This document shows, in pieces, positions 20,178-30,126 of a stretch of 64,000 nt of DNA. A program made the translations under genes and the position numbers. Numbering within the stretch: position 1 is the first letter of the stretch; every line of letters begins with the position of its first letter. Below the pieces are notes generated by a model. That model was given only the letters and a program-made list of their open reading frames with translations, was not told the DNA's origin and made no database searches. This DNA is from a virus (taxonomy: Duplodnaviria; Caudoviricetes). Location of the stretch: the IMG/VR virus record IMGVR_UViG_3300014059_000006, positions 32,001 to 96,000 of that record. One strand, given 5' to 3'.

Positions 20178-23100
20178 TGGCAGAGTTCCAAGATACGCGA
20201 GATATTAAAACTAATTCGTTTACATCTTTTATGAATAAAGATGTGGACCCTGTTTTTTTAAAAGATGGGCAGATAACCCATGCAATAAATTCTCAGTTTA
20301 ATTCTTTGTCAGGAGACCTTTTATTTCATCAAAATGAAGAGGGTAACTTATTTTGTGTAACGGTTCCCTATATTCATATAGGAACTATTCCCCTTAAAGA
20401 CAATAAATTTTTATTATTCTCTACTGATAATGTAAATTCAGAGATAGGAATATTAAATAAAACTAATTGTGAATATGTAACACTTGTTAATAACAAATGT
20501 TTAAATTTCAAAACTACAAATTTAATACGTGGGGCGGCATCTGAAAATTCTGATTGTGAAGAAATAGCTTATTGGTGTGACGATTTAAACAATAATCGTT
20601 ATTTAAATATTTCTAATCTTCCTTATAAATTCACAACAAAAAACGATGAGTGTAAAACAAAAGAATATACTTCTGAAATCGATTGTGACCAGTTAGAATT
20701 AAATCCATTTATAAAAATACCTTGTGTACAATTATCCAAATCTAAATCAGGAGGAGGACTTTTAAATGGTAGTTATCAAGTTTCTGTTACATATTCTATC
20801 AAAGGTCAGACAGTGTCTGATTTTTATGGAACAACTCAACCGGTTTCTATTTTTTCTCATGAGAATACCGGAAAAGCCCTTGATGTAGAAATAACTAATT
20901 TAGATGAAGATTTTCCTGAATACAAACTTGCGTTAGTTGTTACTATCGCACAACAAACAACTGTGTACGAAATAGGAACTTATCCTACATCACAGAACAA
21001 AGTTACAATTACAGGAGTATCTCCCACTGATATACAAATTCCCCTTTCGCAATTATATGTTCAAAAGACTGTATATTCGAAAGCCAAGGATGTTATCAAT
21101 ATAAATAACCAATTATTATGGTCAGGACCTTCTTCTCAACCTGAGATAAATTATCAACCTCTTGTGAATCAAGCATCTTTGGAATGGGTGGCATATGCTG
21201 TACCAATTGCAGAAGATAATTCAGATTTACAATCTTATCTACGAGACGAAGTGTATTCATTTGGGACGCGTCTTGTTTACAACAATGGAAGTAGAAGTGC
21301 AACATTCCCTTTTATAGGAAGACCTGCGTCTGCTGCCGAAAAGAAATTAGTTTCTGGAGAAGACGCTTTTGAACTTTTGACAAAAGGTTGTGATAAAAAA
21401 ACAGAATTACGTTACTGGCAAGTATATAACACTGCTACAGGATATGTGAACACAGTTCCACTTGGATTGTGTGAATATAAAGAAGTGGGTAGTGGGACAT
21501 TTGGGTATTATGAATCAACAGAACATTATCCAGATAATAAAAATACTTATGGAAATTTAGCCTGTACACCAATAAGACATTTTCGTTTTCCTGATGATTC
21601 TCTCGCTCCTCGTACTATAAAAAATAGTGAGGGTGTGGTTACACATACAATTCATTTAGGAGTGAGGGTTAAAAATCTATTGCACCCTAAAGATTTGGAA
21701 GGAAACAATATTTCTTCTTTACAGTCTATTGAAATACTTAGGGGAGACCGTATAACAGATAAGTCTATTTTAGGGAAAGGATTATTATACAATATGGGTA
21801 TGTATGATTACAAAATCACTAAAGATAAAACTGTAGGTGGGTTATACCCTAACTATCCTTATAATGATTTAAATACCGACCCTTTTTTATCCAAGACTCA
21901 AACTAAAGGGGCAGTAGGAAAAGAAAAAAACTACAAGGCTTTTGGAGAGTTTTCTAAAGATTATTATACTTTCCATTCTCCTTCTTTTTCGTTTAGTAAA
22001 CCATCTATAGGTACAGAACTTAAAATAGAAGGAATACAGAGTGGGGTAGTTAATACGTTTTTTGAACCGGTATATGCACACCCAAAAAATAAACTCATTA
22101 CCGATGTTGCATTTACTGTAGCAGCGTTGTTAGGATTGGGAGAAGCTTATTTTGCCACAAGAGAAAAAACTATAACAACAACTGTTGTTGAAAGTATGGA
22201 CCCTCTTGTTGCAGGTACAACAGCTCCTGTAGGAACTGCTTATACCGCAGCACTTGAAGCATACGCAGTTGCTGTCGAAGCTGCCAAATTAGCTGGAACA
22301 TTTGACCCTACAGGATGTATAGAAACTGCTGCAGTGAAAACAGCTAGGGTTGCTTTATTCTCTGCCACCGCCGCGTTAGCTACTGTAGGTGGTGCTAAAA
22401 CAACAGTGTCTGAAACAAAACAAGAAGATGCTATTAGTAGAATCCCTAATGTTTTAAAATGTCTAAATGGGATATACATGTTTGGATATTACTTTCAACA
22501 AGGTATGGAAACAGGTTTGTCTACTGTTAGAACATTTGCTAAATCAGAACAATACGCGTATCAAGTAAATTCTCATTGTCAATATGAAAACTTTGTTGCT
22601 TCCGGAAAAAACTCTAAACGCCGTGCCATTGAAGATGCGGTTTACTTATACCCTGCTGTACAAGATTTTAATAATAAGAAAGTAAACAACTATAAACGTG
22701 AAAGTTCTGTAATATTAAAACTAGAACGTTCGTTGAATTTTCCAACAATAAAAGATAATTCACGTAAGACAATGTCTAGTGCTAATGCATGCGATACAAA
22801 AAGTTATAGTGCAACCGCCTCATCTTATTATGGGTCAATAAAACAATCTCAACCTGCACAATACGGACAGATACAAAATATTAGATGGATAGACACGGGA
22901 TATTGTTTTCCTATAAACACATCCTCTACTAAATATACAACAGGACTGATTTTAGGAGGAGATACATTTATAGGAAAGTTTTCTATAAAACGTAAATTCA
23001 ATTACTTTAATCAAACCGCGTATAATCAAAATGACGATTTCGAATTTGATTACCGTAAGTATGTAAATATTCCGTACCCTAGGTATTGGATGGATTCAGA

Positions 23101-24904
23101 AGCTTATGATTTAAGTGAATTGGTTTCTCTAACTCCCAAACTTCCTGACGATAAAGCAAATTTAGATTGTAAAAAAGCATCTACAATATTCGATAAGTTA
23201 AAAACACCTTTTGTATTACGTGACCAATACTTCTATCTTTCCAATAATGGTGTAGTGGAATTTTATGTGGAAAGCGAAATAAACTTAAATAATAGAGACT
23301 GGAAAGAAACTCTTGAATCACGTCATTATGATTCCGAACAATATTCAGACCTATCCACTTTATTTAGAAGTGATGTATTAGATTTTGATAATGCATACAT
23401 ATACGACAAGTCTTATTCAAAATACTTAACAGAAAACGTAGGGTTTACACAATCTATTTATTATGACCCTTTGAAAGCTGATAGTTGTTTTAGTTCATTT
23501 AACAATCGTGTATTTTGGTCATTACGTGGAGATAAACAAACAGTAAAGAATAACAAACTTATTTATCTTACAAATAATTCTTACGAGTTCCCATCGGAAA
23601 ATGGAGCAATCACCGGTATGAAAGCATTGGATAGAAGTAATATAATATTTTTATTTGAAAACTCCGCCCCTTATTTACATCAAGCAAACGACCAATTACA
23701 AACAGACAGTGGAATAAAAATTACATTAGGAGATGGTGGACTTTTTTCTACACCCCCTCAACCAATTTTAACCACTGATTTACAATATGGAAAATGCCCT
23801 TCTGTGGTGAATTTAGTTTCTTCTCAGTTTGGGATTTTATATCCTTCATACACACAAGGAAAAGTATTTCTATTACAAGGTTCTAAATTAGACGAAATAA
23901 GTAGATACGGAATGCAATGGTGGTTTCAAAACCATCTTCCATTTAACTTACTAAAAGATTTCCCTGAATATCCTTTCCAAGATAATCCAATTGATGGAAT
24001 AGGATTTTTAACTTCTGTAGATAATACAAAAGAAACTCTCTATCTTACTAAAATAGATTTTAAAGTTGTGTCTGAATACGAAGGACAAATTATCTATGAT
24101 GGAGATTTTTATCTTCAGACTAATGGTAAAAAGAAAAAAATAAAACTAAAAGACCCTAAATATTTTGAAGATGTTTCTTGGACGATTTCATATCATCCGG
24201 GAATGAAAGGTTGGGTTTCTTTTCACGACTGGCATCCTAATTCAATAATACAAACAGAAAATCACTTTATAACAATTAAAAATGAAAATAACAAGAGTTC
24301 TCTATGGGAACACAACACGCGGTGTGATAAATATTGTCGTTACTATGATACACAATATTTTTGGGATATAGAACATTGTGTATCTAATGGACAAAATGTT
24401 ACAACACTTTCAAATATAGAATATGGACTTGAAGCATATCTTTACGACAAAAACTGTCAAACTAGACATCATCTTTTGGAATACAATTTTAACCGTGCTT
24501 ACATATATAATAGTGAACAGGTATCTGGAATTTTAAATCTAAATCTCGCACCTAAGAATCAATTATCTAAAGTGTTGTACTACCCTATTGTAAATACAGA
24601 TTCTATTGATATAGAATTTCATAAGGTGGAACAGAAATTCAGATTTAATCAATTTTGGGATGCTACTAAAAATAGAGCAGAATTTAACACTTCTTATGTG
24701 TCTACACTTTTATTGGAAAACAACGGATATAAATATACACTTAATCCTGAGTATATAGACTATAATAAAAACATATTCCAACGTAAAAAACTACGTCATA
24801 ATTGGTATAAGGTTTATTTACGTAGACAAAATACACAAGATGAGGACATGCCTCATATGAAAATTAAATTATCAAATTCAAAAGAACTTATATCACCTAG
24901 ATAA
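20177..24904 (+). CDS. Tail stabilisation / muzzle protein, 1575 aa
   Basis: FMNKDVDP N-terminus, YLRDEVYSFG, GGDTFIGKF and WTISY...GWVSFHDW motifs; size and position typical of the crAss-like muzzle. Confidence 0.8.
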   Translation: MAEFQDTRDIKTNSFTSFMNKDVDPVFLKDGQITHAINSQFNSLSGDLLFHQNEEGNLFCVTVPYIHIGTIPLKDNKFLLFSTDNVNSEIGILNKTNCEYVTLVNNKCLNFKTTNLIRGAASENSDCEEIAYWCDDLNNNRYLNISNLPYKFTTKNDECKTKEYTSEIDCDQLELNPFIKIPCVQLSKSKSGGGLLNGSYQVSVTYSIKGQTVSDFYGTTQPVSIFSHENTGKALDVEITNLDEDFPEYKLALVVTIAQQTTVYEIGTYPTSQNKVTITGVSPTDIQIPLSQLYVQKTVYSKAKDVININNQLLWSGPSSQPEINYQPLVNQASLEWVAYAVPIAEDNSDLQSYLRDEVYSFGTRLVYNNGSRSATFPFIGRPASAAEKKLVSGEDAFELLTKGCDKKTELRYWQVYNTATGYVNTVPLGLCEYKEVGSGTFGYYESTEHYPDNKNTYGNLACTPIRHFRFPDDSLAPRTIKNSEGVVTHTIHLGVRVKNLLHPKDLEGNNISSLQSIEILRGDRITDKSILGKGLLYNMGMYDYKITKDKTVGGLYPNYPYNDLNTDPFLSKTQTKGAVGKEKNYKAFGEFSKDYYTFHSPSFSFSKPSIGTELKIEGIQSGVVNTFFEPVYAHPKNKLITDVAFTVAALLGLGEAYFATREKTITTTVVESMDPLVAGTTAPVGTAYTAALEAYAVAVEAAKLAGTFDPTGCIETAAVKTARVALFSATAALATVGGAKTTVSETKQEDAISRIPNVLKCLNGIYMFGYYFQQGMETGLSTVRTFAKSEQYAYQVNSHCQYENFVASGKNSKRRAIEDAVYLYPAVQDFNNKKVNNYKRESSVILKLERSLNFPTIKDNSRKTMSSANACDTKSYSATASSYYGSIKQSQPAQYGQIQNIRWIDTGYCFPINTSSTKYTTGLILGGDTFIGKFSIKRKFNYFNQTAYNQNDDFEFDYRKYVNIPYPRYWMDSEAYDLSELVSLTPKLPDDKANLDCKKASTIFDKLKTPFVLRDQYFYLSNNGVVEFYVESEINLNNRDWKETLESRHYDSEQYSDLSTLFRSDVLDFDNAYIYDKSYSKYLTENVGFTQSIYYDPLKADSCFSSFNNRVFWSLRGDKQTVKNNKLIYLTNNSYEFPSENGAITGMKALDRSNIIFLFENSAPYLHQANDQLQTDSGIKITLGDGGLFSTPPQPILTTDLQYGKCPSVVNLVSSQFGILYPSYTQGKVFLLQGSKLDEISRYGMQWWFQNHLPFNLLKDFPEYPFQDNPIDGIGFLTSVDNTKETLYLTKIDFKVVSEYEGQIIYDGDFYLQTNGKKKKIKLKDPKYFEDVSWTISYHPGMKGWVSFHDWHPNSIIQTENHFITIKNENNKSSLWEHNTRCDKYCRYYDTQYFWDIEHCVSNGQNVTTLSNIEYGLEAYLYDKNCQTRHHLLEYNFNRAYIYNSEQVSGILNLNLAPKNQLSKVLYYPIVNTDSIDIEFHKVEQKFRFNQFWDATKNRAEFNTSYVSTLLLENNGYKYTLNPEYIDYNKNIFQRKKLRHNWYKVYLRRQNTQDEDMPHMKIKLSNSKELISPR

Positions 24905-25395
24905 TGGCTAATAAACCAAATAAAATAACATACAATCCTGACGGTAGTATGAAATTAAACAATACTTGGGAAGGAATAAATAATTCCCAACAGGTTCCGT
25001 TTGTAGTTCCACAGTTTAATTTAATCCCTTCTACTCCTAACCAAGGAAATACAGATTTTACTACTGACCCTTCTAACGTGAATAACTATGTCGATGCCCC
25101 AAAAGTGCAAAAACGTATAATCTCCACAAACTACAATCCTTATGAACAACTGGTAAATGTATTTGATTTTGGTTTAAATACTTTAAACAATTTAAAAAAC
25201 CAAAAGACACAGAAAGAAAACTTTCAACCACAACAACCCAGTACATCTTATTTTAATCAGAGAAGTTTGCGTGGAGATAAAGTAATGTTTGCAAAAAAGG
25301 GAGGAGAATATAAAGAAGGAGGTGAATACGAACTAGATGATATACAAATACAAAACTTAAAAAAACTAGGGTATGAGTTCGAAATGCTCTCCTAG
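24904..25395 (+). CDS. Low-complexity internal virion (cargo) protein, putative
   Basis: Asn/Gln-rich with AKKGG and YKEGG motifs; coupled to the muzzle gene. Confidence 0.45.
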   Translation: MANKPNKITYNPDGSMKLNNTWEGINNSQQVPFVVPQFNLIPSTPNQGNTDFTTDPSNVNNYVDAPKVQKRIISTNYNPYEQLVNVFDFGLNTLNNLKNQKTQKENFQPQQPSTSYFNQRSLRGDKVMFAKKGGEYKEGGEYELDDIQIQNLKKLGYEFEMLS

Positions 25396-25402
25396 AAATA
25401 GA

Positions 25403-25434
25403 TTTGGTTTTTCAATTAAAAAAGAGTATATTTA
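25403..25434 (+). promoter_or_regulatory. Putative phage promoter TTTG-N20-TATATTTA
   Basis: Copy of the five-member motif; overlaps the hairpin at 25418-25450. Confidence 0.45.
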
Positions 25435-25450
25435 AGATGTACTCTTTTTT
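25418..25450. terminator. Hairpin / possibly bidirectional terminator
   Basis: AAAAAAGAGTATAT-TTAAG-ATGTACTCTTTTTT. Confidence 0.6.
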
Positions 25451-25508
25451 GTTATTACCATATATCTATAATAATAAAAATTATTATTTATACTAAAAAA
25501 AATTATTA

Positions 25509-27383
25509 ATGCAAAAGGTAAGAATTACCAAAACCCCAAAAGACGGTTCAAAGTTCATTAATCCAAATGAAACAAACCTTCAACATTTTACTAACAATCC
25601 TCTCCCTCTTGTTAAACAAAAGTCTAAAGAAATATTAGAAACAGAAGGTGTTGGAAATAACTATCCTATTGAAAAATCAGGAAAGGGAAACGCAGAAGCT
25701 GAAAAAGGTGAAACAATTTTCAAATTAGAAAATAGTAGGTTGTTTAAAATAGGAGGAGAAACTCACAAAAAAGGTGGAACAGATATTATTATGAATCCGG
25801 GAGATTTTATTTTCAGTAATTCACTAAAAATAAAAGGGGATATAATGAAATCAGAATTTGGTATGAATCCAGAAAAAGAACATACCTTTGCAGATGTTTC
25901 TAAGAAATACTTGAATATGAATGGTTATCATAAATTAGCAGATGATATAGACCCATTAGAAAAGAATACAGCCAATAAAATGATTAAGGCATATAAAGAT
26001 AAGCTTTCTAAGATTGCTTTCCTTCAGGAAGCTCAGAAAGGTTTTCCTACAGGTATTCCTGAAATCGTTACACCATTGATGGAAAAGGTGGCTTCTGTTC
26101 CAGAAGGGTCTGTTCCTAAAGACAGTATTATGAAAGATGGTGGCCAATGGATTCAAAAAGCACATCTAGAAAAAGGTAGATGCACACCGGGGTCTCCAAA
26201 TTATGATTGTCCAAAAGGAAGTCCTCAATGGAATTTGGCACAAACATTTAAAAAACATCATGGATTTCACGAAGATGGTGGTGAATGTGATACGTGTGGA
26301 GGAAATAAAAAATACGATAATGGTGGGGTATTTAAAGATTATGAAGATAAGAAAAGTAAAACACCTTATAAAGTACCTGAAAAATTTCGTAACTATACAA
26401 AAGAACAGGCGGATAAAGAGTTTTATACACCTGAGGTTTTAGCATTTATGAAACAAAGAGACAAAGAAGAAGGAATAGATTCAGATAAAGGTAACGCACA
26501 AGATTATACTTGGGGTAAACGTCACGAAGAAGCTTATAAAAATTTCTTTGCTGACAAACCGGTTACTACTCCTTCTCCTACAGTTACTCCTGAAGAAATT
26601 ACTTCTGACATTAATACGAATATATCCCCAAACGAAAGTTTTAAACCGTCTACAAGTGGGTATAGAGATATGGGATTTTCATCTCCTGAAATGATGGCTT
26701 TAGCGTTAGCTTCAAGACCTATCCCTTATATTGCACCAACAAGAGTATTAAACGAAAATTACGCGTCTGCTATAGGTGCTATGAGTAACGTAATGCCTTA
26801 TAATTATCAGTCAGTGATTAATGAAGCTACACGTGGAGGCTACAATGCTATTAAAGCTAACACAAATCTAACAGGTAATGTTGGTCAAGCTTTTGCAAAT
26901 AATGCATTTATTGCGGGACAATTGGGAGAACAAACTTCTAAAATCAAAGGAGAAGAGTACAATCAAAATGCAAATTTATATAACCAAAATAATCAGATGT
27001 TAGGACAAACATTAATTCAACAAGGTCAAGATGTTGAAATGCAATCTGGATTGTATAATGATAAAGTGGCACAAGGAAGAGAAAACTTATTTGCTAATAA
27101 AATGGCTCAACAGTCTAGGTTTGCTACAGAGTTTGCAAATGCAATGAATAACCGTTCATTAAGAAATGCTTATGGGTATTTAGGACAGTCTACAAACCCT
27201 AACTTTCAAGCTATGAATGCTAATATGGCAATTGGGTTTAATCCTGCAATCAATCCTTTTGATTTTAACGCGAAACAATCTTCCACTCCATATCAACAAT
27301 TTCAAACTGAAACTAAGGGTATGGACTCTGAACAAATTAAATCATATGTAGAATGGCTAAAAGCCAAAAATAATTCGAAATAA
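25509..27383 (+). CDS. Virion cargo/ejection protein, 624 aa
   Basis: EAEKGE...GGETHKKGG...FIFS pattern, repeated xxGG motifs, Gln/Asn/Ala-rich helical C-terminus; first large gene after the muzzle. Confidence 0.6.
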   Translation: MQKVRITKTPKDGSKFINPNETNLQHFTNNPLPLVKQKSKEILETEGVGNNYPIEKSGKGNAEAEKGETIFKLENSRLFKIGGETHKKGGTDIIMNPGDFIFSNSLKIKGDIMKSEFGMNPEKEHTFADVSKKYLNMNGYHKLADDIDPLEKNTANKMIKAYKDKLSKIAFLQEAQKGFPTGIPEIVTPLMEKVASVPEGSVPKDSIMKDGGQWIQKAHLEKGRCTPGSPNYDCPKGSPQWNLAQTFKKHHGFHEDGGECDTCGGNKKYDNGGVFKDYEDKKSKTPYKVPEKFRNYTKEQADKEFYTPEVLAFMKQRDKEEGIDSDKGNAQDYTWGKRHEEAYKNFFADKPVTTPSPTVTPEEITSDINTNISPNESFKPSTSGYRDMGFSSPEMMALALASRPIPYIAPTRVLNENYASAIGAMSNVMPYNYQSVINEATRGGYNAIKANTNLTGNVGQAFANNAFIAGQLGEQTSKIKGEEYNQNANLYNQNNQMLGQTLIQQGQDVEMQSGLYNDKVAQGRENLFANKMAQQSRFATEFANAMNNRSLRNAYGYLGQSTNPNFQAMNANMAIGFNPAINPFDFNAKQSSTPYQQFQTETKGMDSEQIKSYVEWLKAKNNSK

Positions 27384-27384
27384 A

Positions 27385-30123
27385 ATGGCATCATACCAAG
27401 CTCCACAAGTCGACTATAATTTATATAAACCGGTTATGCCACAAACAAATGTTGGCGAAGTATTTCAACTTATGAATACTAAACAAAACATTTATAACCA
27501 AAACCTAGCTAGTATAAATTCTCAAATCAGTTCTATGAATGATTTGACAAATTCTGTTTCTAATGAATTTGTTAAACAAAAGATAGATAAGTTTAATGTA
27601 GCGGCAAACGATTCATTAAAAAAATACGCAAACTTAGATTTTAGTATCCAAGACAATGCTAAATTAGTTGATAATTTATACGACCCTTTAGTAAAAGACC
27701 AAGATTTTTTAACAGACTATTCTGCAACTTCACATTATACTTCTGAAGTACAAAAAGCACTGCGTTTAAAAGATTCTACAAAAAAGGAAGAACGTGATTT
27801 ATTTTCTTTGACTAATTTAGAATATGTAACAGGACAGGTAGAAGGTTTGAGAAATGCTAAAAACTCAAAAGAACTAAAACAGTCGGCATATAATGTAAAA
27901 AATAGATATTACACTCCTTACACTAATTACAGTGCTAACACGTTACAACGTTTAAAGGATTTAAATGCTTCTGTAGAATATGATACAGCATCTAATGGAT
28001 ATATTGTAAAAACTCCAAAAGGTCCATTAGCGTTTGAAAAGTTTATGGAGATGACAATGACAGAACAAGATAAACAACAAATGCGAATTGAAGCCACAGT
28101 GATGGTGGATAAACTTGTTGCGGCTCAAGGTCCTGAATTAACTTCTTCTCAATACATAGAAGAAACGTTAAATTCTGTAGACTTGTTGGTAGATAGAGAA
28201 AATAAAACAAAAGAAGCAATCAATGCTCGTTTAAAAACTCTTCCTCCTTTAGAAAAAATGGGAAAAAAAGCAAAGGAACAATATGGTATTTACAATGACC
28301 AATTAGAAACAGTAAACTCAAATTTAGAAAACCTCGAAAAAAGAAAGTCTTCGGTTGCAGAATTAACTAAAAAATTACAAGACGGAACATTCTCTTACGA
28401 TGATATGACTAACATGATGGTGGAAGATGTTACAAAACAAACATTCCAGTCTTTCATAAGCGGTCTTGCCGATAGTTATGTAGATACAAAATATACAGGA
28501 GAAATAAAATCAGATGCTACATATGTAGCTAACCAACGTTTAAGTTATGATTATACCAAATTAGCACAAGATAAAGAATTAGAATTGAGAAAATTAGATA
28601 TGGAACAAAAAAAGTTGGACAAGGACTATGCTATTGCAGGATTGAAATATGGGGCAAATGGGGTAGAACCAGATGTAACTACTGAAGCGGATACTAAATT
28701 ATCTGCTGCAGAAGATATTGATAATACAATTGCAACCAAGGGTGGAATTGCGTCAGTACAACAAAGTTTAGAAAGTGAATTTAAAACACAATGGAAAAAC
28801 TTACATCCAGAATGGCAAGATAAACATTGGAACACTACTTATGGAAAACAAATATTACGTTCTTTTTTAGACCCTGCGAATAGTATTTCCACATGGGAAC
28901 CTTCTCTTCAGACAATAAAACAGAACGCATTTAAAGATTATCATAATCAAATTGCAGATTATAAATTAGCTTTACAAACAAAACAAGATTTGTTAAAACA
29001 GTTTAATGAAAAAAATGGTACAAATTTACAATTAGATGAAAATGGTAATGCTTTTGAAAAGACAACACAAAGTACAATGTCTATGGTGGCACAAGATGTA
29101 GGAGCTGCTGTTATGAGTCCATTCAGATTGGCTAAATATGTCGGTATAAGTAATACTTCTCCATCTGCGGCGAAAATATACAAAGAACAAGTTATGGATA
29201 AAGCCTGGTCTGCTCCCGGAACTGTAGTGAATACTTCTAAAAACATAGAAGCATTTAAACAATTCATAAATCAAAACGCAGATGAATTTGGAGATATCCC
29301 GGTTCAAGGTGCTTCTGTTGCAGTTGGACCCGCAGGAAGACAAGAATATGATAGATACATAGGAACGTCTTTTTATCAATTCGCTAATAGAGGAAACGAA
29401 TCTGTTGCAGAATTACAAGCAAAAAATCCAGGATTGGAAAACGCAGACCTTGTATTACAGGGATTGAGAAATCTAGATGGACAAAGAGCATCCAAAGAAA
29501 TATCACCATCTATTAATTATAGTATAATGAGTAAGGGAACAAAATTGTCTTATGCAGGTGTAAAGATAGAAGATGTATTTACAAAGGAAGGAGATAAATT
29601 TACACCAGAACAAATTGCAGCTCATAAAGCAATACAACAAGGTGTGACACTTCCTCTTGTTCATGATAGATATGGAGCAGTTAATAGAACAGAAGGAAAG
29701 TTCAATAGTAATCGTGCAATTGAATTTGGAGAATCTTTCACTGTATATAAACTTCCTGTTTCTCCAGGTCAACCAGCAAAAGCGGTGATTCAACCTAAGA
29801 GTGGGGAAGAACATTTTATGCACGAGTACATAGGAGATAAATTTCCCATAGTTTTAGAAAATAATGTATACAAAGTACAAGGTTCTACAAAAAAAATCGA
29901 AGTGGAAGCTTCTGTAATATCTGAACGTTTACGTTCTGGTAATTATGAAGACCTAACTAGGAATGTGGAATCACGTACATCACTTATGCAGAGTGACGAA
30001 TGGGTTACAAAATTTAACGATGTATTACAGAAATCATACTCTAATGCAATTAAAAAAAGTAGTGATGGACAATTGTATATTGAAAATTCTACAATGGAAA
30101 AAATTAACGCTTCAATAAAATAA
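27385..30123 (+). CDS. Virion cargo/ejection protein, 912 aa
   Basis: Helical/coiled-coil, no Cys seen, in the cargo cluster. Confidence 0.55.
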   Translation: MASYQAPQVDYNLYKPVMPQTNVGEVFQLMNTKQNIYNQNLASINSQISSMNDLTNSVSNEFVKQKIDKFNVAANDSLKKYANLDFSIQDNAKLVDNLYDPLVKDQDFLTDYSATSHYTSEVQKALRLKDSTKKEERDLFSLTNLEYVTGQVEGLRNAKNSKELKQSAYNVKNRYYTPYTNYSANTLQRLKDLNASVEYDTASNGYIVKTPKGPLAFEKFMEMTMTEQDKQQMRIEATVMVDKLVAAQGPELTSSQYIEETLNSVDLLVDRENKTKEAINARLKTLPPLEKMGKKAKEQYGIYNDQLETVNSNLENLEKRKSSVAELTKKLQDGTFSYDDMTNMMVEDVTKQTFQSFISGLADSYVDTKYTGEIKSDATYVANQRLSYDYTKLAQDKELELRKLDMEQKKLDKDYAIAGLKYGANGVEPDVTTEADTKLSAAEDIDNTIATKGGIASVQQSLESEFKTQWKNLHPEWQDKHWNTTYGKQILRSFLDPANSISTWEPSLQTIKQNAFKDYHNQIADYKLALQTKQDLLKQFNEKNGTNLQLDENGNAFEKTTQSTMSMVAQDVGAAVMSPFRLAKYVGISNTSPSAAKIYKEQVMDKAWSAPGTVVNTSKNIEAFKQFINQNADEFGDIPVQGASVAVGPAGRQEYDRYIGTSFYQFANRGNESVAELQAKNPGLENADLVLQGLRNLDGQRASKEISPSINYSIMSKGTKLSYAGVKIEDVFTKEGDKFTPEQIAAHKAIQQGVTLPLVHDRYGAVNRTEGKFNSNRAIEFGESFTVYKLPVSPGQPAKAVIQPKSGEEHFMHEYIGDKFPIVLENNVYKVQGSTKKIEVEASVISERLRSGNYEDLTRNVESRTSLMQSDEWVTKFNDVLQKSYSNAIKKSSDGQLYIENSTMEKINASIK

Positions 30124-30126
30124 TAT

